From the NCBI GenBank assembly GCA_040954595.2, contig CM082584.2:2387344-2451343 (forward strand): 64,000 nt of DNA. Direction: 5' to 3'. The first letter of the stretch is position 1. Every line of letters begins with the position of its first letter. Under the pieces are notes generated by a model that ran no database searches, was not told the origin of the DNA, and saw only the letters and a program-made list of their open reading frames with translations. The DNA is from Balanoglossus misakiensis (lineage: Eukaryota > Animalia > Hemichordata). Position numbers and translations under genes: made by a program. Of this stretch, positions 49,710-63,004 are shown one piece after another.

Positions 49710-52700
49710 ATGGCATTCTCGGTACCTCTCGACCCGCAATTAAATGCCGAGCTGCGGACTTTGCTCGAAGAACGCCACGACGAGTTGGTCGAAACATTTA
49801 GTCCGCCGCAATCTAGGGAGAATTCCCAGTGTTCTGTTTCAGCCGATAGTGTACGCGATCACTGCCACCAGGGAGACGACGACGATAGCGATGAAGACGA
49901 GCCAGTACCTGAAGCAGAGCCAGTCGAATTGGCGAGACTGTACTCTCAGTTACACCCAGAGATGGGTCAAGAAGATCGCGAAGAAGGAAATGACTGTGAC
50001 GCCTTGGATAAGCCATCGGTGGAGGCCGTAATGCGGACTGGGTGTGTTTGTAAACACCAGTGCTACTCGAACTTTGCTGTGGACAGGGTGTGGGAATACC
50101 GTTTGAACATGTCAGAATTCCAGAAAGACCATCTTGATGTTCTCATCCTTGCAAAGTTAGAACAGTGTGAGGTTCATGGAGAACCTGTCCGTGGTGGTAA
50201 ACGTGCGCGACAGTCCTTTGATTACGTCTTTGATGGTCAACGCGTGTGTGAAAAAGTTTGGCGTTACATTCACAACTTGGGTGAGTGGCAGGGTATTTTT
50301 ACGTTGGCACCAATGATTTATTTACACGTCGTGATATCCTCATCACACCCTGTGCGAGCATGAGTACTCGAAATGTGGATTGTTAGGTGAATTATTGCAT
50401 CCGATTGTTGATTTTTAATAGATTCCCCACATCACGTAGTTTACCGTAGTGCAGCAGTGACAGTCAATAAAGGATGATGATGTCATCTTTTTCCTCCCTC
50501 ACATGACCTTTGTTTACTTGGGGATTTTTCTCAAAGAGTTTTCTAAGTGTCCTGGCCCCCACAATCTTGATGTTGATTTTTTAAGAGAAGACACAACTTT
50601 ACAGTAATTTCTTTTTAAATGTGTATCAAACGATTTTGAGAAGATTTAAACTACAGAGAAGTCATTGTTTTGACATAATCTTGGGATAGTATTAGTTAGT
50701 ATTATCATCCTATAACTCTAATTATAGGGGAGAAAAGGTTCAAGAATTTAAAGGCCCACTACAAAATCCATGGTGTGGTACCCAGAGATCATGGTCGTCG
50801 AGGAAAACGACCAGCCAATGCCTATTCATTTGAAGTAAGTATTACATTTCTGCATGCCATAACAAATATCTTTAAGAAGTATATTCTTATACCATGTAAA
50901 TGTGTATAAGAGTGTACTTATACTTGGTAATAAATTTCATATTTATGGTTTATTATTATCACGCAAACATGTGCTTTTATGTCAAAGGGACAGGAATAGG
51001 TGCTCAGTACAGACAGGTTTCCAGATTAGACAGGCTTCGGTTTATTGTTGCCTTGAGTCGTAACAAAGGCGTCAGGATTTATTATAACACACCATGCAGC
51101 GAACACTCGATCGTGATTCGTCAATACGCCGTCACGTGACCTTAGTCATTTCGAACTGTTCCCTAGGGCATGATTTCGATCGGTTTCTGCCTGGTACTGT
51201 TGCCTGGATGTGGTGTGTGTCATGTTTGGTGTGTTATAAAACACATGATGACTGACATATTCGGGCAACGGTGTATTTTTGATGACCTCGGGACTGCTAG
51301 TCACAACTAAAACAGTCTTGTTTTCCCTATGCCCTCAGTCCCAAGGTCATCAAAAATACACTGTTGCCCTCATTGTCACAGTCAGTCATCATGTGTATAC
51401 AGTAATACTGTATCTGGGCCCCTCAATATCTTGTCTCCTCCTCCTGACAGCTGCTTCATATGCTGGCCATCTTGAAGTAGTATTTTTCACCCACAGTTTG
51501 GAGCATGCCCAATTGACACTGAGACTTTCACATGGACCCTCCGACATTGAATCAGTGCTCGACCACACACAACATCCACTTTGCAGGATGAGAATAAAAA
51601 TCTTGTCAAAATGAATAAATGGTAGAGACCGATTATTCATTTCGGCCAGTTTTTCACTCTCGCATCTTCAAGTGGGATGGAAGTTGTGTTTGGTCAACAT
51701 TGATTCCCTATATCCACACGTAGAATAACAAATGGTGTCTTGTATCAAACATAATTAATGGAAAAAAGGGCAGTGAGAGAGAGACTTTGTCCCTTTAGGT
51801 GGTTTGCTATCTAACCTGTATATGTGTTCTCAGTGTTCACTAATTTATTTTGAGTGACTTAACTATTCTTTTTTCCAAACAGACAGTGCAAGATGCTGTT
51901 CAGTTCCTGGTCAGATATGCAGATGACAATGGTCTGCCTATGCCAGCTGCTCCTTGTGGTAGAGATGGAAGGCCTCCAATTTATCTTCCATCCTGTGACA
52001 CCAAGGCTGGTATGTATAAGAAGTATGTGGAGGCCTGTAATGTTTGTCAGCCAACCAAGCAGCCTGTGGGGGAGACAACTTTCCGAAATATCTGGAAATT
52101 GTGTGTACCACACATTCAGCGAATGGAACCTCGTACAGATGTGTGTGCCAAATGTGAACACTTCCGGAATGAAATTCAGTTTGCCTCAACAGAAGAAGAC
52201 AAACTGAACTCTAGTATTGCATTCTCAGGACACATTTTGAAATCACAAAATGAAAGAGAATTTCTGAACTTGTGCATTAGAAAGGCACAGGATGAACTCA
52301 GAGACATTGAAGTTCAGCCCCCATGTAGTCCTTGCTCTTATGATTTACATAATGTTCATTATACATTTGATTTTGCACAGAGTTTTCTGCTGCCCCATCA
52401 GTCTCGTCAAGTTAGTCCACTGTATTTTCTGAATCCACTACGTGTAAATTGCTTTGGTATATGTAATGATAGTCAACAATCTCAAATGAATTATCTGTTT
52501 GATGAGTCTGAGACCATTGGCATTGATAACAGAAAGTGCCATGGTGCCAATAATGTAGTTAGCATGCTTCACAATTATTTTGAGGAGCATGGATTGGGTG
52601 AAAAGAGTTGTCATTGCCATGCTGACAACTGTGGAGGTCAGAATAAAAACAAAACTGTCATTCATTATTTTTGTTACCGTACCAGTACTGGTTAACATGA

Positions 52701-53196
52701 CGAAATTAATTATCATTTCTTGGAACCAGGTCATACAAAGTGCATTTGTGATGCTTGTTTCGGTAAGATTCGGCAAGTGTATCGTAGAAGTGATGTTGAC
52801 ACAGTTCAGCAGCTGGCAGACATTGTGTCAAAAAGTTCACGAATAAACAATGTGAAATGTTATGGCAGTCGGAATTCTGATCCCAACTTTCAATGGTTTG
52901 AGTGGGATTCATTTTTTTCTTCATTTCTCAAACCATTGAAGGGAATTCGTGTTTATCATCATTTTAGATTCACCAAGAATGATCCTGGTGCTGTATATGT
53001 TAGAAAATTAGTCGCAGATGATGAAATCCGTATAGATCTGCTCAAAAGAAATGCTACTTGGCCTCCATCACCACATATAAAACCCTCTGTATTGCCTGCT
53101 GGAGGAATGAGTTTAGCCAGATGGAGAGAGTTACAGAAGGAAATTGTTCCATTTGTCAGACAGCCATTTAGACATGCATTTTGCCCTGAAGAGTAA
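49710..53196 (+). pseudogene. Sola1 DDD transposase; exons 49710-50280, 50728-50834, 51883-53196; one in-frame TAA at 52693-52695
   Basis: Motifs TDVCAKC, FDFAQ (D), HADNCGGQNKN (D), GHTKCICDACFG (D); GT-AG introns with consistent phase. Confidence 0.88.
51078..51400. mobile_element. Non-autonomous double-hairpin element (same architecture as 44418-44860)
   Basis: TTATAACACACCA/TGGTGTGTTATAA pair, then a long hairpin ACACATGATGACTGAC...GTCAGTCATCATGTGT. Confidence 0.5.
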
Positions 53197-55859
53197 ATCC
53201 AAAAACCCACTGAATACTCTTGCATGTATGTAGTACTGAAAATAAATGCAAACTTGTAAATATTTAAATGTTATCTGAAAAAAATGATAGTTAGAATTGT
53301 ATGTAGCAATATCAGTGATGTAATGGTTGGAGTTCTGACACTACAGGTAGCCATGGCAACAGTTTAGATGGAGACTGCTGGTAGCCATGGCAACAGTTAT
53401 GTCAATAATGTCATGTAAATATTCATATTTTCGGAGGATGTGATGTGTAGAGTTTTGGCACTTGTGGTGTCTAATAAAATGTATTTTTAAATAGAACTAG
53501 CATCATCTTGTGTGCTTTCCACCCCTATGATATAATGGAATGACAGACACCCCCTCTCCCCCTAAAAAGTTGATTTAGTCAGTACCTACGGTATAAATGG
53601 ATACAGATCTTCCATGTAGTTGGGAAAAGATGTTTGGTTTTTAAACCTCTTTATTGTGAAACAAAAACAGTGAAATTTATTTGTGGGCTGAGGTCAAAGG
53701 TCATATGTCACATTCAATGGGCCACAAATGCCATTTCCAGGTGTAAGTTCATAGTGAGCGGCACACATATGAAAAGAGGAGCACAGGTACTATCAAAAAA
53801 CGACAAAAAATAAAAATCTAAAAATCCATGCATAAGGGCCCTTTTCCCTTGCGGCGGCCCATTTCTCGTCTGTCTTTTTTTTTTATTAAGTTTTTGAGAA
53901 GTACCGACAAACTGTCCACAATGAAGCGGTCAAATCCATGGATGATGCATTAAACGAGGTATGACATTTCACCACCCAAAAACAACTAAATAAATGTTAT
54001 TTGATATTTTTATCATGCCACATTTTATCCGTGTGTTCATATAGGCCTAATACATTTTGTTTTTGAATCCAATTTCAGGAAATCGCATCGGAAGACCGCA
54101 CCATTAAGCTGGGGATTGAAAATATGAGCGATGCACGACACGGTACATGAAAGAATGCACAAAACTCTGACATAGTTGTACTTGGTGACATGTATGTAAC
54201 AACTTTTCGTTAGAAATAACATTTTCCATCTCTATGGCAATGATGGTTATATGTATGGTAATGTGTTACCCTTACACGCACTCAATCGCATCGCTATTTC
54301 TGTCGACAGTGAGTATTGTGTTTGGCATCAACACACTTCTCCGAACTGACATGACACATGCTTTGACGTATACTGTTATTGTAATATATGGCAATTTTGG
54401 ATTAAATTCGAATAACTTTATTTGTAACTATTTTTCTTTGTTTTCGAACCCATAAGTGCATCCATAAGAAGTTGGTCAGGAAGCACGATGACCCGTGTTC
54501 CCAAAGACACGAGATGGTTGGGATCAGGCGATTTTATAACTGGGCTGATGAAAAAGGTAAAACATAGTATTAACACGGTGCTTTCCCATCAGTATCAGTA
54601 AAATCCTTGCTAAATGTTTTTACAAAACTTGAGGCATGTACATGGACCACATATAAAACGATAATTATAATTCTATGCAAGAAAATATGTCACACTGACA
54701 ACCGGCTATTGCAAATGATTACATTTACAGGGGTTCCAATTTTAGTTCATGGCCACGACAACAACACGTCTGTAAACAACTTCCTGCGAGAGGAAAGGCC
54801 AGATACCATCAGCAGCAACGACACATGGCATGGTAAGGCTTCATTCTTACTTGACAGGGGAAGGTGTAGCAGAAAAAACACTCCAATTTAGTACATGTAC
54901 ATAAGGACGTCACATACATTTTTAGCTGACGACTTTTGATCATCTGTAAACTTATAATTTGAAAGTGAATATGTGTATTCAGGTTTGTTTTCAAGGCAGA
55001 GTTGCATCAATCCAGGCACCATTAATTGATTCTGTTTCATCGTGTACACGTAGGCGAGGAGCTGTAACATCAATGCTTGTTTTTATTTTACAGTTACCAA
55101 GGCAATAGGCCGAGAGATGAAACGAGTAACCACGGGGACACAACGAAACATGAACGTAACCTGGCACCCTGAACTTGCAGATAAAGGTAAAATCACACAC
55201 ATTTTATGTTTTCTCAATCGCAATGTTAAGTTTTCCCTTTTGGTCAGGTATCTGTGGTTACGAGTTTCTGTTTCATGTTCAGTTTTATGCGTTGAATATT
55301 TTTTTTTCTCTTATGCAGCTTTGAAAATGGAGATATTAAACGTAAAGCCATTTCGTTTGTGATAACAATTATTACAAATTCAACTATGTGTTCACCTCTC
55401 CACAGGGGCCAATGTAAAGACACATTGCTACTGGGCCATGACACGGGCAAAACAACACCTTCTGGACAATGGCAACACAACCCGGGCACGAACCGAAGCA
55501 GCGGCGCTAATCCGAAAAAAATTAGACAATATTGTCGCTCATTATCAGGTAATTACCTTTGAATGAAACAAAAATAACTTTTTTGATTAAATAAAATAGT
55601 TGAAAATGTAACCATCGCCATCACACATTCTTTTAAAGTTATCTGTGGATGCCAACATCAGGACAAAACCGTGACTGTGCTTCTTAAATTCCATCAAATA
55701 GACGGTACATGTTATCTTTTCGATCTGTAGGATAATCACGCTGGGTGTGACCCAAAATCGAGGTGTCGGAATAGCGCGAATTACGAAGCATCGTTCCGCC
55801 CAATCAGGCAATCGAAAGCAGCTGACCTCCTGAGGCATGCAGTTAGAAAGACGCAGCTG

Positions 55860-58087
55860 TTTTTTGTCGCGGTTCACTTGGGCAAGTCTGAATACGGAGT
55901 ACTCAGTAGAGAGAAAAATAAACTCGCTAAAATCGTGTCTTTCCGTCCGCATGACCAACCAAGGAGCGAAAAAGTCGTTATTTAGGCCGTAATAAAACGT
56001 TTTTGTCCCCGAGGAGTGAATAAAGAACGGTCAGATTGTTGCGGGGTAGGGAACTCTTCTTCGCACCGCTGCGGTGCAGGTAACTCGTATTTGCACCGCT
56101 GCGGTGCAAATAAGATCATTGGAGTTATGCTGCAATATAGTGCGGAAAATTTCCGACTTTTTCGAGTACACATCGTGATGTCGAATAGTTCAGGAAGGCT
56201 AGCCTTTTACCTGAAGGTGTCAACTGATGTTGGTTCGAGACCACATTTTTTTTTCTATTTCTTTTTTTGTGTGAAAATTTTTAACGACATTATCAGTGTA
56301 ATTTACGTCATTTTCATAAAGCCAATTCATTGCAATATCAACGCTGCGTTTTTTATCTGTCGGGTATAAGAAACATGCAGGGAAACATGGTCATATTTTT
56401 GTCGTGGTTCACTTGGGCAAGTCTGAATACGGAGTGTTCTGGAGAGAGAAAGATAAACTCGCTAAAACCCTTTTTTTCCGTCCGCATGACCAACCAAGGA
56501 GCGAAAAAGTCGTTATTTAGGCCGTAATAAAACGTTTTTTCGCCGAGGAGTGAATAAAGAACGGTCAGATCGTTGCGGTGCAGAGAACTCTTATTTGCAC
56601 CGCTGCGGTGCAAATAAGATCATTGGAGTTATGCTGCAATATAGTGCGGAAAATTTCCGACTTTTTCGAGTACACATCGTGATGGCGAATGGTTCAGGAA
56701 GGCTAGCCTTTTACCTGAAGGTGTCAACTGATGTCCGTTCGTGACCACTTTTTTTTCTTTTTTTTTTTGTGAGAACTTTTAACGACATTACCATTGTAAT
56801 TTTTATCATTTTCATAAATCCAATTCATTTCAATATCTACGCTGCGTTTTTTATCTGTCGGGTACAAGAAACATGCAGGGAAACTTGGTCATTTTTTGTC
56901 GTGGTTCACTTGGGCAAGTCTGAATACGGAGTGCTCAGCAGAGAGAAAAATAAACTCGCTAAAACCGTGTCTTTCCGTCCGCATGACCAACCAAGGAGCG
57001 AAAAAGTCGTTATTTAGGCCGTAATAAAACATTTTTGTCGCCGAGGAGTGAATAAAGAACGGTCAGATCGTTGCGGGGTAGGAAACTCTTATTCGCACCG
57101 CTGCGGTGCAGGGAACTCGTATATGCATCGCTGCGGTGCAAATAAGATCATTGGAGTAATGCTGCAATATAGTGCGGAAAATTTCCAACTTTTTCGAGTA
57201 CACATCGTGATGGCGAATGGTTTCAGGAAGGCTAGCCTTTTAGGCTGCATTCACAAACACCTCTGGAGGGGGGGGGGCAGGAGAATTGAGGGGGGGGGGT
57301 TTGAAAAAATTGAGGGTATGTGAGGGGGGGGATTTGAAATAATTTAGGGACTGAAAGGGGGGGACTTAAAAACTTTAACGACTAAATATTTATTTTGAGT
57401 CCACAAAATTTTCTCATGTGGCAGGGGGACACCCCCTCCCACACCCACCCCCTCCATTCATCAACACCTTTCAATCATTGACTGGTTTATCTAGTGTCCC
57501 AGGTCAGGGGACTTGCCCCACCCCATGATAACTTTGAGCGCCGACGGTTAAATTTGTCCTCCCCAACATACCGGTAGTTGAGTTAATTTGCTTTTGCCGG
57601 GTTCATTAAAATGCAGCTTTGAGCTCTGTATTTTAGAAAATTTTCTTACGTGGGAGGGGGACCCCGCCTCCCAAACCCACCCCCTTCAATTCTCGGTTTA
57701 CGAAGTCTCCCAACACAGAATACAAATATATGTACTTACAAAATAAAAACAATGTTCAGTTTTAATACCCACTGATGAGGGGAAACATCAGTTTCAAATT
57801 CTTTTCATGGGAGCGCTGTTTTTCTTTTTACAAGATAGATAGGTGATGTGTTTTGCTCTGTGAAAGACAATGGGGGGGGGGGGATTTCAAAATTTTGGCA
57901 GTTCGGAAGGGGGGATTTGAAAATATTGGCAGTTCGGAAGGGGGGCATGTGAAAATTAGCGGTAAAAAAAAATGAATTCTCCCGCCCCCCCCCCCCTCCA
58001 GAGGTGTTTGTGAATGCAGCCTTACCTGAAGGTGTCAACTGATCTTGGTTCGAGACCACTTTTTTTCTATTTTTTGTGTGTGAGAAC
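55860..58087. repeat. ~500-540-bp tandem satellite, nearly 3 units, last unit split by a MITE
   Basis: Unit starts TTTTTGTCGYGGTTCACTTGGGCAAGTCTGAATACGG at ~55861, ~56396, ~56893; internal sub-repeats of GCACCGCTGCGGTGCA. Confidence 0.9.
57243..58021. mobile_element. PIF/Harbinger-type MITE
   Basis: TIR GGCTGCATTCACAAACACCTCTGGAGGGGGGGGGG; 3-bp TSD TTA (57240-57242, 58022-58024); the empty site is visible in the sister satellite units. Confidence 0.85.
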
Positions 58088-58089
58088 AA

Positions 58090-58690
58090 CACACCCTACT
58101 CATGCTAAGTTGTTACCAATTCCAGTTTCAGGACCCTGGGACCGACTGGGTATGGATATTGTGGGACCCCTCCCTAGAACTTATGATGGTCATAAATACA
58201 TCTTAGTACTTACTCATTACTTTACTTCTTAGTACTTACTCATTACTTTACAAAGTTTTCATTACAGAACGTTTCAATGGTTGCCTAGTCGACATGCTGT
58301 CCATGTTTGTCGATAATAAACAGAAAGATTGGTATCGGTACCTAAGTTCAGTGCTTTTCGCGTATAGAGTTAGTCCTCAAGAGTCCAGTGGGTTCAGCCC
58401 GTATTATGTGTTATAAGGTCGGCATCCCACATTGCCCATGGATGTTGAATTCCAGCCAGTTGAGGGGAGGACAAGAAATATAGATACACACCTTAAACAT
58501 TTAGCTGCTAAGAGGGAGATAGCTCATAAAATCGCCAAAGAGAATACAGATCGATATCAACAGAATATGAAGGACCGTTATGATAAAAATATCCAACGGT
58601 CGCAAAATCTTAAAGTGGGGGATCCTGTATATTTATACACACCTCCTGTTAAACCAGCAGTTAATAAGAAATTCGTACATAAGTGCAGTT
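58090..58690 (+). pseudogene. Gypsy integrase remnant
   Basis: PWDRLGMDIVGPLP...KYILV..YFT, TERFNG, FAYR...SGFSPY, VGDPVYLY; stops and deletions. Confidence 0.8.
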
Positions 58691-58748
58691 GTTTTCAGCG
58701 TACTATGCAACACGTGTTACGCAATATTATGTGGCAATATGTGCTTTG

Positions 58749-60690
58749 TTATTAGGGTTTCGAGACCCTCTGGTCTCGAAACCCTCTTGAAATCGTGTTG
58801 TTTTTTATTATTATTATTATTATTATTCTTCTTCCCACTCTTAAAAACAGCCGCTATTCGAAGACCGTTGCACCCAATGACTTGAAATTTGGCTCATAGG
58901 TAAAACTCAAAGCAAGTAATTTTCTGATCATGTAACTATGGCAACAGGTCACATGACCTGGCAGCCATCTTGGATTGAAAGTTTAAAATTGATCTCATTT
59001 GCATAAAAAATGACGAATCAAAATTCTTTGAACAAACTTTGTGGACCATATGGCCAGGGTCCTATATGCAAAATTTCAATGTTCAAGTCTTTGCCGATTT
59101 TGAGGAGATGATTTTTAAAGCATTATTTTTCATATTTTTCAAGACCATTGGACCCAGCCTTAGGCCTATACTTTCCATAGTTAAGCTATGGCCACCTAGG
59201 ATCTTAGATTTATGCCCAATATCTCAACATCCGCTGGGCTGATCAGCTTCAAATTTATTGTGCAGCTAGCCTACCTTCCAACAATCAGTTCCAACTGGAA
59301 AAAATAATATGAAAAATCGACCGATTTTTTTATATTAATTTTTTTATGAAATCTATACCTATACGTATTCCACTATAGTTAAGCTATGGCCAAGTCGTTT
59401 TGTAGAATTCTGGTTGGTGCAATAGTCCTATCGGCCAGTGTGCAGCATAGGACCACAAAAAGAAGCCAAATTAATTCAAGGGTCACCTGTGACACCTGCC
59501 TAACTCATTAATTATGTGCATACCTAATTCGAGGCAAACCAATAGGGCTACAGGTCTGATTTTTGTTAGACATGGACCAGTATGGGGTCAAATTATCCCC
59601 CAAAATTTGGGGTGACCTTGAGTGACCTTTGACCTTCTTCCGCATATCTCGGCATCCAGAGCAGGTACAGCTTAGGTGTTTGGGTGGATGGTACCAAAAT
59701 AAGAAGCCAAATTCAAGGGTCACCTGTGACACCTGCCTAACTCATTAATTATGTGCATACCTAATTCCAGGCAAACCAATTGGGCTACAGGTCTGATTTT
59801 TGTTGGACATGAACCAGTATGGGGTCAAATTATCCCCCAAAATTTGGGGTGACCTTGGGTGACCTTTGACCTACTTCCTCATATCTCGGCATTTACAGCA
59901 GGTACAGCTTAGGTGTTTGGGTGGATGGTACCAAAATAAGAAGCCAAAATTTAGGGTCACCTGTGACACCTGCCTTACTCATTAATTATGTGCATACCTA
60001 ATTCCAGGCGAACTAACAGGGCTACAGGTCTGGTGTTTGTTGGACATGGACCAGTATGGGGTCAAATGTTTTTGCCCAAATTTTGGGGTGACCTTGGGTG
60101 ACCTTTGACCTACTTCCACATATCTCAGCATCTAGAGCAGGTACAGCTTAGGTGTTTGGGTGGATGGAACCAAAATAAGAAGCCAAAATTTAGGGTCACC
60201 TGTGACACCTGCCTTACTCATTAATTATGTGCATACCTAATTCCAGGCGAACTAACAGGACTACAGGTCTGGTGTTTGTTGGACATGGACCAGTATGGGG
60301 TCAAATTTTCCCCCCAAATTTCGGTGACCTTGGGTGACCTTTGACCTACTTCCGCATATCTCGGCATCCACAGCAGGTACAGCTTAGGTGTTTGGGAGGA
60401 TGGTACCAAAATAAGTAGCCAAAATTTAGGACCACCTGTGACACCTGCCTAACTATGTGCATAACTAAGTACACACAAACCAATAGGGCTAGATGTGTGG
60501 TTTTTATTGGACATGGACCAATATAGTGTCAAAATTTTCTGCTCATATTTAGGGTGACCTCACATGACGTTTGACCAACTTTCCCACATCCTCCACCCTG
60601 ACTAATTAAATATGCACATATCTATCTCCAGGCGAACCAATAGGGCTAGCAGTGTCTCGAAACCCGCTTATTGCTGTTCACAGCTATATT
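58749..60690 (+). mobile_element. Helentron-associated non-autonomous element (HINE/DINE-like) with ~238-bp tandem core
   Basis: 5' palindrome AGGGTTTCGAGACCCTCTGGTCTCGAAACCCT, (TTA)n tract, about five ~238-bp units (59478-60650), 3' sub-TIR GTCTCGAAACCC plus short stem-loop GCTGTTCACAGC. Confidence 0.75.
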
Positions 60691-63000
60691 ATTGATGATA
60701 TTATTATATTAAGCAGCTCTTTTGAGGAGCATCTACAACACATTGATACCGTCCAAACCAGGTTACGTCAAGCTGGATTGAAATTAAAACCCAGCAAATG
60801 TCAATTTATGAGAAAGAGTGTTAAATTTTGGGGTCATGTTATCAGTAAGCAGTAGGACAAACCTCCAAATTTAGCGACTTGCGTATGCGCAACTAATTAG
60901 CTACTTAGTGTTTAGCTCCAACGCGCATGTGCGATATGACGTGATTGCCGGAAGCTGAACAAAGGTCACGTCATCTGACCCCGGTTATGTTATGGAACAT
61001 CACATGGCGGTCGACGGTCTATCTTCTGTTGCGTGGATAATCGACCCAGTCTTTAATCCCGGGCAGGATAATGGAGCAACCATCAACGGTAATACATTTT
61101 CATGATAATTTGAATTGGTCGTAGTGTGTTTAGAACATGCATTGATTGTGTTTTTTGTATTATCTGGAAGAAATGGAGTGCCATCGAAATGAAATGCCAG
61201 TGTGTACATACACTGTGTTCGCGGAACTTTGACATGCGAACACCATACCGTCACTAGGAGCAACTTTTCACACGTTTCTAAGTCCGGTTGAATAGCATTA
61301 CACACATTTTTCGCCATAGTTATAGCCTGAAATACCTGGGTGTACGTTGATAAACAAAGCATGTGATCAGATAATTACCATGACCATGTCAGCATCGTCC
61401 AGTGAGCAAAGTTGTTTGTCCGCATCATCATATACTAGTATTTGAACATAATAACCTTGTTGACGCTGTTCACATATTTATATTTACACCTTATTATTTA
61501 CTGCATGTGTGTCAAGCGCATTAACAACGTCTTTACACTTTTCACCTTCAGTCAAATGAAAAGACACCAGACAGGAATAGTGAAGTGGGGAATAAGAAGA
61601 CTTACGGCAAGAAGAAGTTAAAGATAGAATATTTAGTGAACAGCGACGCCGTCTAAATTATGCTAGCAAACACATTTACATGAGTAGAATCAATGATGGG
61701 GGAAGGGGGCTGATCAAAAATGAATCAAGAGACCATATTTTTTATTAAAAGTTGAAATATTTATTCATGTTTATACACACTTATTTGTTTGTTTGTTGCC
61801 AGGTTTTAAGAAATAAAGATTTAAATATATTCATTTCTGTACATCATGTGTTTGTGTAATTTATTGAGAACAATGGAATTCAGAAAGGGCTTCATAGTCT
61901 CTGTGTAATGTAAATAGCAACTGAACCACACATTACTAACATGAAATGAAACTAGAAATGCAGTTGACAGAAGGCTACCATCATAGTACTGTTTTAAATC
62001 ATAACATCTCACTTGAGGAGGTAACCAAAGTTGTTAATCACTCCAAACTTAGGAAAACTGTAGGAAGTGATAAATTACCATATCAGGTTTTCAAAAATCA
62101 CGTTGATAACTTGGCCACTAGGACCACGTGTAGTTGGACCTGTTGGGGAAGAAAGAGGCACGGTTCAGAAAGCAACGTCACCTACCCGATCCTTTCAAAA
62201 CATTGGAAAACAAGTTCAATTGAAATAGGTACATGCATGTACCTATACCCGTACACGTGAAAACGCGCTTTGACAAATCTAGCACACCGGAAGTGAGCAA
62301 ACCATTCGCAAAAACGGTCCTCCATTGTCCCCCATTAGATAATATGCTGTTTGAAGACATTGTTTCATTCAACATGACTTAAACTAGGTATAGAAGGTTC
62401 AGATCAATGGTTTTTAAACTGGTACGTTCTATTGCTTGTTATGTCGAATCATGGCGGGCAAATGGTCACACGGACATCGATTTTCATGAAATTCGACTGA
62501 ATTTTTTTACTTACCCTGTTTACACGACACCATGCTGGAAGGGAGGGTGTGACGTACAAGTTCAAACCGAAATTACCCGAAAGTCGATGTACATAACATC
62601 AAAAGCAGGCCGATAACATCCAAGAGCGAACTTCGACAAATACTTCCGCATTTCCATGCCAGGGACGTCAGTATATGCAAATACAGGGTGTGAGCATGCG
62701 CAAACATATTGTAGGCAGTCGCTAAATTTGGAGGTTTGTCCTACTGGTAAGGATGGAATTGCGGCTGACAAGAGTAAAGTAACAGTTGTTAAAGAATATC
62801 CCCGTCCTCATACTGTCACACAGTTGAAATAATTTTTGGGTTGGCCCAATTATTTTAGAAAGTTTATAAAGAATTTCTCGATCATTGCTAGGCCTATACA
62901 TAAATTGTTGGGAAAGGACACGAAATTTGAATGAGATGATAGATGCGAACATGCATTCGAGAAATTAAAACATGTTCTGTGTCAAGCACCAATTCTAGGG
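60691..63000 (+). pseudogene. Gypsy RT remnant split by a TIR element
   Basis: IDDIIILSSSFEEHLQH...LKLKPSKC...GHVISK|DGIAADKSKV...YFRKFIKNFSIIARP; frame is restored on removing 60850-62751. Confidence 0.8.
60850..62746. mobile_element. Non-autonomous TIR DNA element with 5-bp TSD, superfamily unassigned
   Basis: ~30-bp perfect TIR CAGTAGGACAAACCTCCAAATTTAGCGACT; TSD GTAAG (60845-60849, 62747-62751). Confidence 0.85.
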
Positions 63001-63004
63001 TATC

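Larger units (their letters stand above)
49322..53860 (+). mobile_element. Full-length Sola1 DNA transposon inserted in a Kolobok intron
   Basis: ~32-bp TIR GGGTCGCCGCAAGGGAAAAGGGCCCTTATGCA (1 mismatch); 4-bp TSD ATTT (49318-49321, 53861-53864). Confidence 0.9.
48296..55860 (+). pseudogene. Multi-exon Kolobok-like (KolobokP-type motifs) transposase, degenerate and 3'-truncated
   Basis: Spliced segments WNSSPYLPNGRLLVNYR|LLHGLLSAG, EAVKSMDDALNE|, SDARHGT*KNA (D1), DDPCSQRHE, HGHDNN..SNDTWH (D2, DxWH), TWHPELADK, LDNIVAHYQ|DNHAGCDPKSRC. One frameshift ~48610, stops present, catalytic Glu region missing. Confidence 0.65.

Noticed and set aside
22401-52695. Single in-frame stops in three transposases as programmed readthrough or a variant genetic code
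   Set aside because: Stops differ (TAG, TAG, TAA), show no shared readthrough context, and the same codons terminate the intact ORFs; ordinary nonsense decay is simpler.
55587-57323. Repeated ORFs (MNKERSD..., MVMRTE...) as a gene family or His-Me nuclease
   Set aside because: They are translations of satellite units or antisense to the last Kolobok exon; no nuclease motif seen.
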